From assembly GCA_963724825.1 (NCBI GenBank), contig CAVRWT010000005.1, positions 204,675 through 268,674 on the forward strand: 64,000 nucleotides of DNA. Reading direction: 5' to 3'. Within the stretch, counting starts at the first letter, position 1; every line of letters starts with the position of its first letter. Below the pieces are notes generated by a model. It made no database searches and was not told the DNA's origin. It saw only the letters and a program-made list of their open reading frames with translations. Origin of the DNA: an uncultured Acidobacteriota bacterium (GTDB taxonomy: Bacteria > Actinomycetota > Acidimicrobiia > Spongiisociales > ZC4RG35). Positions 42,687-52,295 of this stretch are shown here, piece after piece. The position numbers and the translations under genes were made by a program.

Positions 42687-43561
42687 AGCGTCTTCGCCCC
42701 CGCCCTGAAGTAGAAGATGGTTGCCAGCAGCATCACGAACATGACCCCGAAGGAAAGCGCCGACCCAAATGGCCAGTTGCGGGCGGCCAGGAACTGACTG
42801 ACGATGTAGTCGCCGATGCCAACTGTCCTCGCCCCACCGAGGAGGGCAGGGGTCACATAGGTCCCCAGCGACGGGATGAACACCAGGATCGACCCGGCTA
42901 TCACCCCGGGCAGCGACAGTGGCAGGGTCACCTTGCGAAAGGCGGTCCACCCATCGGCGTAGAGGTCGCGGGCTGCCTCCACCAGCCTCCAGTCCATCCT
43001 CTCGAGGGCGGCGTAGAGGGGCAGGACCATGAAAGGCATGAAGCCATAGACGAGGCCGATGAGCACTGCAGTGTTGGTGAACAACAGTCGGATCGGCTCA
43101 CCCCCCAAACTCTGGCTCAACTGCGACAGCGGGCCGTCCGAACCAAGCAGAATCCTCCAGGCATAGGTTCGAACCAGGAAGTTCGACCAGAACGGGATCA
43201 TCACCAGGATCAGCAGGATGTTTCGGGCGCGGGGCGCCCGGGTGGCGATATAGAAAGCCAACGGATACGAGAACACCAGGCAGATCGCGGTGGTGACCGC
43301 GGCCAGCACGAACGACCGAATGAAGATCGCCAGGACGTCAGCGGTGAACAGACGCTTGTACGAGTCGAGATTCCAGTCAGCGAGGACGGTCTGGCCCGTC
43401 GATGACCTGGTGGCAAACGAGTAGACGAAGACGAGAACCAGGGGGATCGCGAAGAAGAGGATGAGGTAGAAGGCACCGGGCAACGAGAAGAGAAAGCCCC
43501 GACGCGACTCGGCCCGACTCGCCGACTCCTCCAACTCAGGCGTGACCTGGGTGGCCGTCAT
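42683..43561 (-). CDS. potB: Polyamine ABC permease
   Basis: IPFWSNFLVRTYAW, PFMVLPLY, EAARDL, NWPFGSA. Confidence 0.92.
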   Translation of the reverse strand: MTATQVTPELEESASRAESRRGFLFSLPGAFYLILFFAIPLVLVFVYSFATRSSTGQTVLADWNLDSYKRLFTADVLAIFIRSFVLAAVTTAICLVFSYPLAFYIATRAPRARNILLILVMIPFWSNFLVRTYAWRILLGSDGPLSQLSQSLGGEPIRLLFTNTAVLIGLVYGFMPFMVLPLYAALERMDWRLVEAARDLYADGWTAFRKVTLPLSLPGVIAGSILVFIPSLGTYVTPALLGGARTVGIGDYIVSQFLAARNWPFGSALSFGVMFVMLLATIFYFRAGAKTL

Positions 43562-44640
43562 CAGGCGGTCACAAGGTTTGCCGCCTCCGGGCTCCACACC
43601 AGATAGGCCTCATCACCTACTTCGTACAGCTCCACGCCAGGCCGGTTCTCCTCCTTGACTTCGATCTGAGTGCCAAGTCCGGCATCGACGTCGTAGAAGT
43701 AGACGTCCCCGAAGTACATGCGTCGGGTCACCCGGACCCGAAGTTGGTTGTGACCGGCGGGAAGTTCCTCGTCGACATCGAACAAAGCCAGACGCTCCGG
43801 CCGCAGGGCGAGTGTCACCTCGGTACCGGGTGAGGCTTCACCACACGGGACGCCAACTTCCTGTCCGTTGCCAAAACGTGCGGCGTCGGGTCCGATGACT
43901 GTGACAGGGAGGAGGTTGATCTCCCCGATGAAGTCGGCGACAAACCGTGAAGTCGGCGTTTCATAGATCTCCTCGGGACGCCCGACCTGGAGAAGCTTCC
44001 CCTCACTCATGACCCCGATCCTGTCCGACATCGTGAGTGCCTCTTCCTGGTCGTGCGTCACGTAGATGAAGGTGATCCCGACCCTGGTTTGGAGATCCTT
44101 GAGCTCGACCTGCATCGCCTGGCGCAACTTGAGGTCGAGCGCACCAAGCGGCTCATCCAACAACAGCACCTCGGGCTCATTGACGAGTGCCCGGGCCAGG
44201 GCGACCCGCTGTTGCATTCCTCCGGAGAGCTGGTTCGGCCTGGCGTCGGCGCGTTTGCCGAGTTGGACCTGATCGAGCACCCGCTTCACACGACTCTCGA
44301 CCTCCGACTTCTCCACCTTCTTCATCTGGAGGCCGAACGCCACGTTCTCGGCCACTGTCATGTGGGGAAAGAGGGCGTAGGACTGAAAGACGGTGTTGAT
44401 CGGCCGCTCGTTAGGGGGATTCAACGCCATCTCCACGCCGTGGACTCGAATGCTGCCCTCGGTGGGAAACTCGAACCCGGCGATCATGCGCAATGTGGTG
44501 GTCTTGCCACACCCCGAAGGGCCGAGCAAGGAGAAGAATTCGCCGTCGTTGATGCTCAGATCCAGCCCGTCGACCGCCACCATGTCGTCGCCGAAGCGCT
44601 TGGTGACGCCACTCAACTCAACGGCCGCGTTGACCATCAC
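43561..44640 (-). CDS. potA: Polyamine ABC ATP-binding protein
   Basis: [34 protein letters not shown]-like tail. Confidence 0.93.
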   Translation of the reverse strand: MMVNAAVELSGVTKRFGDDMVAVDGLDLSINDGEFFSLLGPSGCGKTTTLRMIAGFEFPTEGSIRVHGVEMALNPPNERPINTVFQSYALFPHMTVAENVAFGLQMKKVEKSEVESRVKRVLDQVQLGKRADARPNQLSGGMQQRVALARALVNEPEVLLLDEPLGALDLKLRQAMQVELKDLQTRVGITFIYVTHDQEEALTMSDRIGVMSEGKLLQVGRPEEIYETPTSRFVADFIGEINLLPVTVIGPDAARFGNGQEVGVPCGEASPGTEVTLALRPERLALFDVDEELPAGHNQLRVRVTRRMYFGDVYFYDVDAGLGTQIEVKEENRPGVELYEVGDEAYLVWSPEAANLVTA

Positions 44641-46253
44641 TCCTCCTCGTAAACCACCTGCCCGCCCACAACGGTCATCGCGACCTTTGCATCTCGAATC
44701 GGCCCGGTCTGAAACGGATCTCGATCGAGAACCACGAGATCGGCGAGCATACCCACGGCGACCGTCCCCGAGTCGGCCTCACGGTGGTTTACCCAAGCCG
44801 AGCCTGAGGTGAACCCGGCGAGGGCGTCGAGCAGAGTGATGCGCTCCTCAGGGTTGAGCGGCGGATGGCCCGGCTCGGCCCAATTCAGCCGATTGACCGC
44901 CACGTCGCTCTGAGCCAGGACATTGGCGGTCGAGACCGCCCAGTCCGAGCCCATCGCCAAGGTGGCGCCGGCGCGCAGGAGGCTTCCGAACGGGTATTGC
45001 CACATCGTTCGCACCGGGCCGAGGAAGGGCTGGGTCAATTCGAGCTGGTCCTGGCCGTTGCCCGCCCAGAGAGCCTGGGCGCTGACCGCAACGCCCAGTT
45101 GTTTGAAACGATGGAGGTCATCGGGATGGATCACCTGAACGTGGCAAATCGTGTGTCTCGCCGATGACCAGCCGTTGGCCTTTCGCGCCGCCTCGACCGC
45201 ATCGAGTGAGTTGCGAACCGCGGCGTCACCGATCGCGTGGAAATGACAGGAGAGACCCCGCCCATCGAGGCCGACGACAATCGCCTTCAGCTCCTCGGGA
45301 TCGATGAAGTCGATCCCGCGAGTGCCCGTGGTTGCGCCGGTCCCGTCGAAGTAGGGCTCGAGCATGGCGGCCGTTTGGGTCTCGACCACACCATCGGTCA
45401 TCAGCTTCACCGCGACCGGTCGGTATCGACCAACGCCCTCACCCCTCATCCTCTCCAGGTCTTCGAGCTGTTCGAGCCCCCGGTGCCGATCCCACCACAA
45501 GGCACCCACCGCAGTGCCCCGTAGCTGGTCACGCTGGGCGAGCGCCCGATAGGCGGCATGGGCCAGCTGATCGACATGGGTGTCCTGCCAGCCGGTGATC
45601 CCCTTGGAGAGCATGTACTCCTGACCGGCGAGGATGCCCCGGAGCGCGTCTTCGAGGGTGTCCTTGGGTGAGGCGAGCTCGATGAGGTTGGCGGCGCCGT
45701 CATGCAGCGTGCCCTGGGGGGTGCCATCGGAGTTCCGCTCGATCCTCCCGTCGAAGGGGTCAGGCGTGGACGCGTCGATCCCGGCCAGCTCGAGGGCACG
45801 GCTGTTGACCCAGGCCCCGTGACCGTCGGCGTTGTACACGAACACCGGGCGGTCAGGGACAATCTGGTCCAGCAACTCCTTGGATGGGCAGGCTCGCGGG
45901 AACCAGGTCTGATGCCATCCTCCGCCGAGGATCCACTCCGTGTCGGGGTTGGCCCGGGCGTATTTGGCGACATAGGCGATGGCGTCGTCGGCGTTGTCGC
46001 AGCCGGCGAAGGAACATCTCAGGAGATCGAGGCCGCTGCTCCATACGTGGACGTGTGAGTCCTGGAACCCCGGGGTGAGCAGCCGGCCGCCGAGATCGAC
46101 CACCTCGGTGTCGGGACCGATGTGCTCAGCGATCTCGCCCTCAGAGCCAACCGCCACGATCCGGTCCCCGGTGACGGCTACCGCACGCGCGAAGGATCGC
46201 GACGCATTTGCCGTGAACACGGGACCGTTGACGAAGGCCAGGTCGGAAGGCAT
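44637..46253 (-). CDS. Amidohydrolase 3 family (YtcJ/N-substituted formamide deformylase-like)
   Basis: PGFQDSHVH, HAIGD, GSDW, G..ADLVVLD. Confidence 0.88.
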   Translation of the reverse strand: MPSDLAFVNGPVFTANASRSFARAVAVTGDRIVAVGSEGEIAEHIGPDTEVVDLGGRLLTPGFQDSHVHVWSSGLDLLRCSFAGCDNADDAIAYVAKYARANPDTEWILGGGWHQTWFPRACPSKELLDQIVPDRPVFVYNADGHGAWVNSRALELAGIDASTPDPFDGRIERNSDGTPQGTLHDGAANLIELASPKDTLEDALRGILAGQEYMLSKGITGWQDTHVDQLAHAAYRALAQRDQLRGTAVGALWWDRHRGLEQLEDLERMRGEGVGRYRPVAVKLMTDGVVETQTAAMLEPYFDGTGATTGTRGIDFIDPEELKAIVVGLDGRGLSCHFHAIGDAAVRNSLDAVEAARKANGWSSARHTICHVQVIHPDDLHRFKQLGVAVSAQALWAGNGQDQLELTQPFLGPVRTMWQYPFGSLLRAGATLAMGSDWAVSTANVLAQSDVAVNRLNWAEPGHPPLNPEERITLLDALAGFTSGSAWVNHREADSGTVAVGMLADLVVLDRDPFQTGPIRDAKVAMTVVGGQVVYEEE

Positions 46254-46299
46254 GGGGCGGCGAGGGTAGCCACGCATCACCCCGGCTAGCCTCCGCAAT

Positions 46300-47538
46300 A
46301 TGTCTTCCTTCTGGCATCCGTTTGGAGAAATGAACAAGGTGCAACATGCGCCTTTCATCGTCGATCGCGGCGAAGGGATCTACGTCTACGACGAGGACGG
46401 CAGGCGCTACCTCGACGCTGCCGCCTCCCTCTGGTACATGAACGTTGGTTATGGCCGTGATGAGATCGTGGACGCGATGTCGGAGCAGGCCCGCAAGCTT
46501 CCGGCGTTCCACGCATTCATCGACTACGCCACCCGGCCGCCGATCGAGCTGGCGGGCCGGATTGCCGCTGTCTCTCCTCACCCCGACTCCAAGGTCTTCT
46601 TCGGCTCAGGTGGATCCGACGCGGTGGACACTGCGGCCAAGCTCGCCCGTCGCTATTTCTCCGCAGTGGGTGAGCCGGATCGGACCGTGTTCATCTCACG
46701 GGAATGGGCGTATCACGGCATGCACACCTACGGCACCACCTTGGGCGGGATGGAGCCCAACCGCACCGGATACGGCGGCGACCTCGTAGCCGACGTCATC
46801 CTCGTGCCCTATGACGATGCCGAGGCCGTGGAGAAGGCGATCGACCACGTCGGCGCAGAGCGGATCGCAGGCATTTTCGTCGAGCCAGTGATCGGCGCCG
46901 GCGGGATCCGCCCCGTCCCCGCCGAATACCTGACACGGGTCAGAGAGGCGGTTCGCGTCGCCGGTGGCCTCTACATCTCCGACGAGGTGATCACTGGCTT
47001 TGGCCGATGTGGCGATTGGTTCGCGGCCAACATCTTCGAGCTGGAGCCCGACATCATCACCTTCGCCAAGGGGGTGACCTGTGGCTACGCCCCGCTCGGT
47101 GGCATCGTCGCCAGCCCGCGGGTGGCGGCTCCCTTCTTCGACACTCCGGGGCTCATGTTCCGCCACGGTTACACCTACTCCGGGCACAGCACGGCCTGTG
47201 TCGCCGGGCTCGTAGTCATGGACATCATCGAGCGCGAAGGGCTTCTCGCCCGCGGCGCCGCCCTCGAAGAGGAGATCTACCAGGCCCTCCTGCCCCTCGA
47301 GGAGCTGCCCGTCGTCTCAACGATCAGACGGGGAGTGGGGGCGTTGGCAGCAGTGCAGCTGGAGCTCGGCGACGATGAGACCCTTCCCTACCGGGCGGCG
47401 GCCGCCTGCCGCGAGGCGGGGGTCCTCACCCGAGCCGTCGCCGGCGGGGGCCTCCAGGTCTCGCCGCCGCTGATCATGACCCCTGACCAGGTCACGGAGA
47501 TGGCCTCCCTCTTCCGGGCAGGGCTAGCCGGACTGTGA
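46300..47538 (+). CDS. Class III aminotransferase (putrescine/omega-amine transaminase-like)
   Basis: SLW, AYHG, EPVIGAGG, DEVITGFGR, FAKG, HGYTYSGH. Confidence 0.9.
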   Translation: MSSFWHPFGEMNKVQHAPFIVDRGEGIYVYDEDGRRYLDAAASLWYMNVGYGRDEIVDAMSEQARKLPAFHAFIDYATRPPIELAGRIAAVSPHPDSKVFFGSGGSDAVDTAAKLARRYFSAVGEPDRTVFISREWAYHGMHTYGTTLGGMEPNRTGYGGDLVADVILVPYDDAEAVEKAIDHVGAERIAGIFVEPVIGAGGIRPVPAEYLTRVREAVRVAGGLYISDEVITGFGRCGDWFAANIFELEPDIITFAKGVTCGYAPLGGIVASPRVAAPFFDTPGLMFRHGYTYSGHSTACVAGLVVMDIIEREGLLARGAALEEEIYQALLPLEELPVVSTIRRGVGALAAVQLELGDDETLPYRAAAACREAGVLTRAVAGGGLQVSPPLIMTPDQVTEMASLFRAGLAGL

Positions 47539-48804
47539 AGCCGAGCCCTTTCTGGGTCGACGAGTTTCCGCGTCCTGAGGGCATCACGTCCGAGCTGCCT
47601 TCTGAAGTCGATGTCCTCGTCGTGGGATCCGGCCTCACCGGGCTCTCAGCAGCCCTCCGACTCGCCAGGGGTGGGAAGACGGTGGCCGTCGTCGATCAGG
47701 GGCCGATCGCCTCGGGCGCCTCTTCGATCAACGGGGGCATGGTCTCTCCCGACATCAAGGCCGGGATCAAGGTCATCTTCGACCGTTTCGGGCCCGAGCT
47801 GGGTCGTGAGATGTGGCAGGCCACGGTGCGGTCGGTCGAGATCGTCCCCGAGATCGCGAGGGCGGAGAACATCGACGCCAGGATCGTACGGGGCGGAATG
47901 GCGGCGTTGGGGATCCACGCCAAGTCCCGCGCAACCTTCGAGGCGTCCGTTGCCTGGTACGACAAGATGGTCGGCGTGGACTGGGAAGTTCTCGGACCAG
48001 ACCGCTTGTCAGAGGTCGTTGCGGGTGATCACTTCACGGCGGTTCTCTTCGAGCCGGAGGGACTCGGTATCCAGCCGGCGCGCTTCGTCTTCGGGGTGGC
48101 GGTAGCGGCCGCTTCGGCAGGTGCGCTGCTAGTCGACCAATGCGCCGTCCACGACGTCTCGCGGGACGGGCCGGGATTCAAGGTCGGCACCGACAAGGGC
48201 GCCGTGCGAGCAGGGGACGTGATCCTGGCCACCAACGGCTACACGACATCGGAGCCGAGTCCCCGAATTGTCGCGACGGGTGGTCCCGATCGGCTCCTAC
48301 ATCATCGTCACCGAGCCGTTAGGTGAGCGAGCGGCCCGGATATTCCCGAGAGGCTCGATGACCTACACCAAGCAACGTCTCCTCAATTACATGCGGAGGA
48401 CACCGGACGACCGAATCCTGATTGGCGGGAGGCGCAACCTCCACACCGGGCTCGATTTCCAGGAGTCGGGCGCCGACCTCCGGCGCCAGCTGCTCGGCTA
48501 TTTCCCGGACCTCGCCGACGTGGAGATAACCCATGCCTGGGGCGGGAAACTCGGTGTCCCCTTCGACCTGATCCCGCACATGGGACAGATCGACGGCGTC
48601 TGGTATGCCCTCGGCTACGCCGGTCACGGCGTCGGCCTTTCCACTTTGATGGGGTATGAGCTGGCAGGGATGATGCTTGGCGAGGATCCGCCGAGCTCGT
48701 TCACCAAGGTCCCCCATCCCACCCGCTTCTACTACCGGGGGAAGCCCTGGTTCCTGACTCCGGCTTCGATTCTCTATCGGACCCTCGACCGGCTGGGGCG
48801 TTAG
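47535..48804 (+). CDS. FAD-dependent amine oxidoreductase, PuuB-like (frameshift ~48265)
   Basis: VVGSGLTG, GASSINGG, ATNGY, GYAGHGV. Confidence 0.88.
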
Positions 48805-48813
48805 TTTCGGCCC

Positions 48814-49098
48814 ATGACGGTTCCGTCCGTTCCTGCCTACCCCGAAGCCAGTCAGGCCACAACCGCCTTGATCCTCGGGATCTTTGGGCTCATCTGTTGC
48901 GGGCTGCTGGGGATTGCTGCCTGGGTCATGGGCAACAACGAGCTGCAGGCGATCCGGTCGGGTCGCAGGGATCCGGCCAACGCGGGTACCGCCAAGGCGG
49001 CGCGCGTGATCGGAATCGTCGGAACCGTGCTGTTGGTCATTCCGGCAATCTTCGTCTTCGGCGAGAACTCGCCAACGCTGCCATTCTTGAGCCCATGA
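48814..49098 (+). CDS. DUF4190-like small membrane protein
   Basis: ALILGI..CC, G.AKAA..IG pattern. Confidence 0.7.
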   Translation: MTVPSVPAYPEASQATTALILGIFGLICCGLLGIAAWVMGNNELQAIRSGRRDPANAGTAKAARVIGIVGTVLLVIPAIFVFGENSPTLPFLSP

Positions 49099-49484
49099 CT
49101 CTCACCGGGTGGCGCGACCGATCCTTCGCAATGGCCCCGTTTCTGGGAGTTGCCGCCCTTCTGGCCATGAATCCCACCGACAGCGGCCCCACGATCTGCC
49201 CCATCGCCTTGGTTACCGGTGTCGCTTGTCCGGGATGCGGCATGACCAGGGCGGCGTCCGCGCTGATCAGGGGAGACCTCCCACTTGCCCTCACATATCA
49301 CCCGCTGATCCCGCTCATCGCAGTGCTCGCCATCGTCGGCTGGTCCTGGTCTCTGCTGCACAGGGCGGGCAGGGCGGGGCCGATACCCAGCCGGCTGCTG
49401 AACGTGGTCCTGATCGGAACCGGTATCAGCCTGGTGGCCGTGTGGATACTTCGGTTCGCTGCGGGGACGCTGCCACCGGTTTGA
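49095..49484 (+). CDS. DUF2752 membrane protein
   Basis: CP...TG..CPGCGMTRA...YHP. Confidence 0.85.
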   Translation: MTLTGWRDRSFAMAPFLGVAALLAMNPTDSGPTICPIALVTGVACPGCGMTRAASALIRGDLPLALTYHPLIPLIAVLAIVGWSWSLLHRAGRAGPIPSRLLNVVLIGTGISLVAVWILRFAAGTLPPV

Positions 49485-50299
49485 CCTGACGTCGCCTGAA
49501 GAGCCAGAAGGCAACGGCTCCCCAGGCCGCCACGAAACCCATTCCGAGCGGGATCAGCCATTTGGAGGTCGCCAACAATCCGAGTGTCTCGGCAACCGGA
49601 GCCCGACCCCCACCCGGGTCGAGAACCCACGCGCCGATGCGAAGGAAGATGGCGAAGGAGAGGGCCCCCAGCGAGAACCTGGTGAGAAGACTCCGGAATG
49701 CCCTGCGCCGGTCATCGGAAGCGGCCACGTAGACCCAGGTTGTGATCACCATGACCACCAGGGACAGAGACGACCGCGGTGCCGAGTTTCGAGGCGGCCT
49801 CGGATGCAGGTCCCACGTAAGGGACAGTCGACGGCTCGCGGACGACCAAAGGGTCGAGGTCGGTGACCGCCTCGGCAAGTTGCTCTTCGGACACAGGGAC
49901 CCCGAGTTCCTGGAGACGGACGGCGATGTCGGGAACCGCCGGCGAAATGGCTGACCTGGCATCCACCGTGGACCCGCCCGGATCCGGAGATGCCGCGGCG
50001 TCGACGATCTGGCCAAGCAACCCCTCGAGCGCCACCGACACCGAAGGGTCGTCCAAGACATTCTCGGCCGCCCCCTCCGCCGTGATCGGGTCCAGCCCTT
50101 CTTGAGTCAGCTCGTCGACCAACCAGGACGAAAAGCGTCCAGCCACGACATCGCTTGCCGCCATCGGCGCCAGCGATTCGGCCAACTGCCCGGTGTCGAC
50201 GACCACCGCCCGACCCCAAAGCGCCACCAAGAGAACTGAGGAAGCCAACCCGAAGAGCCAGGCTGCGCCGCCGCCGGTGGCCTTTCGCGCGTTGGCCAT
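49426..50299 (-). CDS. Hypothetical membrane protein (frameshift ~49770)
   Basis: N-terminal TM, soluble region, three C-terminal TMs in the shifted frame; coupled to the mrp stop. Confidence 0.6.
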
Positions 50300-51381
50300 C
50301 AGTTGATCACCAAGGCAGGGTTGGTCCGGATCCGGGGCCGCTTCTCGATCACTGCCCCGGCCAGTGCCTCGAAGGCAAGCTCTGCCTCGGAGCCCGGCGC
50401 CACCACTGCCACCGGGAGGCCCTCGTCAGCCCCGCGACCCATCGCCGGCAGCAGCGGAATCCGCGTCATGAGTTCGACACCGACTTCTTCAGCGAGTGCC
50501 GCCCCTCCGCCCGCGCCGAAGATCTCATAGTGCTTGCCGTCATCGCCCGTGAACCACGACATGTTCTCGACGATGCCGATCACCTGCTGGTCCACCTCGG
50601 CTGCCATGAGGGCGGCTCGACGGGCCACTCTCTGAGCGGTGGGCTGCGGGGTGGTGACCAGCAACACCTGGGCCCTGGGAAGGAACTGCGCCATCGAGAT
50701 GGCGATGTCACCGGTGCCCGGCGGCATGTCCACGATCAGGAAGTCGAGGTTGTCCCAGAACACGTCCTTCAGGAATTGTTCGATCGCTTTGTGCAGCATG
50801 GGGCCCCGCCAGATCACGGCTTTGTCGTCGCCGACGAAGTAGTCCATCGACATCACCTTCACCCCGTAGGAAACCGGTGGGATGATCGCCTCAGCCACGA
50901 GTAGCGGCGGTTGTGAGACCCCGAGCATCCGGGGCACCGAGAAGCCCCAGATGTCCCCGTCGACGATCCCGACCTTCTTCCCGGCCCGAACCAGGGACAC
51001 GGCCAGGTTGCAGCTCACCGAAGACTTGCCGACGCCACCTTTGCCGGAAGCGACCGCCACCACCCGGGTCGATGAGCCTGGCTCGCCAATCGGCGGACCG
51101 GCCATTTCGCGGAGACGGGCGATCAATTGGATCGCCGCCTCCTCGCTCATGACCTCGATGTCGACGTCGACGCCGCGACCATGGTCCTGGAGGGCGTCCT
51201 TGAGCCGCTGATCCAACAATTCGGAGGTGTGAGACGTTGGAAGAAGCAGGTCCACGCTCAGTTTCCCGGTCAGTGATCGGTCGACCTTTTTCACCGCGCC
51301 CAGCTCTCCGAGGGTGCGCCCCACGAACAAAGGGGATTCGATCGATGCGACCGCGTCGAATATCTGATTGTCCGCGGCCAT
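50299..51381 (-). CDS. mrp: Mrp/ApbC (NBP35) Fe-S carrier ATPase
   Basis: GKGGVGKS, WRGPM, DMPPGTGD, VTTPQ, ENMS. Confidence 0.93.
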   Translation of the reverse strand: MAADNQIFDAVASIESPLFVGRTLGELGAVKKVDRSLTGKLSVDLLLPTSHTSELLDQRLKDALQDHGRGVDVDIEVMSEEAAIQLIARLREMAGPPIGEPGSSTRVVAVASGKGGVGKSSVSCNLAVSLVRAGKKVGIVDGDIWGFSVPRMLGVSQPPLLVAEAIIPPVSYGVKVMSMDYFVGDDKAVIWRGPMLHKAIEQFLKDVFWDNLDFLIVDMPPGTGDIAISMAQFLPRAQVLLVTTPQPTAQRVARRAALMAAEVDQQVIGIVENMSWFTGDDGKHYEIFGAGGGAALAEEVGVELMTRIPLLPAMGRGADEGLPVAVVAPGSEAELAFEALAGAVIEKRPRIRTNPALVIN

Positions 51382-51416
51382 TGATTTCCCCTACGGCGAC
51401 AGTGGATAGAAGGCCC

Positions 51417-51434
51417 TCGAAACTATAGTTTTGA
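51417..51434. promoter_or_regulatory. Palindromic operator / bidirectional -10 between mrp and the regulator
   Basis: TCGAAACTATAGTTTTGA, 18-bp palindrome with one mismatch; contains TATAGT on both strands. Confidence 0.55.
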
Positions 51435-51450
51435 CCTGTTGGTACCCCTC

Positions 51451-52167
51451 ATGGACACAGAAACCCTCGATAGCCGGATCTCCGATCTCACCTCGTCGTT
51501 GGGTGATCCAACCCGTCGGGCGATCTACATCGCGGTGCGCGAATCGGTCGAGCCGCTGACCACCTCTCACGTGGCCGGTCTCTTCGACCTCCACCCCAAT
51601 GTCGCTCGCCATCACCTCGACCGTCTCGCCGATGACGGCTACCTCAAGGTGAGCCACCGTCGTTCTGAGGGCAAGAACGGCCCGGGGGCAGGTCGCCCTG
51701 CCAAGTGCTACGAGGCAACGGCCAAGGAGGTCTCGGTCCACTTCGCCCCGAGGCGATTCGAGATGCTGGTCGAGATGCTGATCCGGGTTCTCGACGAGGT
51801 GGCTCCCGAAAACGTCGCCCAGATCGCTGAAGATGTCGGAAGGGCATACGGCCGGGAGCTCGCAGCCGAGATCGGCCAGCCCGAGCAGCCTGGCTATGAC
51901 GGTGCGATCCAGGCGGTCGCCAGTGCGATGACCGGGCTCGGCTTCTCGATCGATCCCGACGTTCCCGGGCAGCGGCTTCTCACCTCGCATTGCCCGTTCG
52001 GAGAAGCCGCCACCAGCCACCCCGAAGTCATCTGCTCTCTCGACCGGGGAATCGTCGCCGGGATGTTCGGCGCCATGTCCTATCCCTGCAACCCGGTGGT
52101 CATCCCGCACAAGGCCCTGGAGGACGACTGCGTGACCCGGGTGCCGGTGACTATCGGAATCGCCTGA
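51451..52167 (+). CDS. ArsR-type HTH regulator with Cys-rich C-terminus (SufR-like)
   Basis: LGDPTRRAIY, RHHLDRL, GRPAK.Y, HCPF...VIC...C...C. Confidence 0.85.
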   Translation: MDTETLDSRISDLTSSLGDPTRRAIYIAVRESVEPLTTSHVAGLFDLHPNVARHHLDRLADDGYLKVSHRRSEGKNGPGAGRPAKCYEATAKEVSVHFAPRRFEMLVEMLIRVLDEVAPENVAQIAEDVGRAYGRELAAEIGQPEQPGYDGAIQAVASAMTGLGFSIDPDVPGQRLLTSHCPFGEAATSHPEVICSLDRGIVAGMFGAMSYPCNPVVIPHKALEDDCVTRVPVTIGIA

Positions 52168-52175
52168 GGCGATTC

Positions 52176-52246
52176 GTTCTCGGTTCTCAGTTGTCGGTTC
52201 AAGATCGCCCGGAGTTTTCTCCAACTGAAAACTGACAACCGATAAC
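52176..52246. repeat. Inverted arrays of 7-bp repeats forming a long hairpin
   Basis: GTTCTCG GTTCTCA GTTGTCG GTT ... AACTGAA AACTGAC AACCGAT AAC. Confidence 0.65.
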
Positions 52247-52295
52247 GACTAGCGGGCCTGAAGAGAGTGCCGCTCGCGCCGGTAGTCTTCGCTCC

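Noticed and set aside
52176-52246. Iron-responsive element in the acnA leader
   Set aside because: No CAGUG apical loop, and acnA appears leaderless, so the hairpin would lie outside its mRNA.
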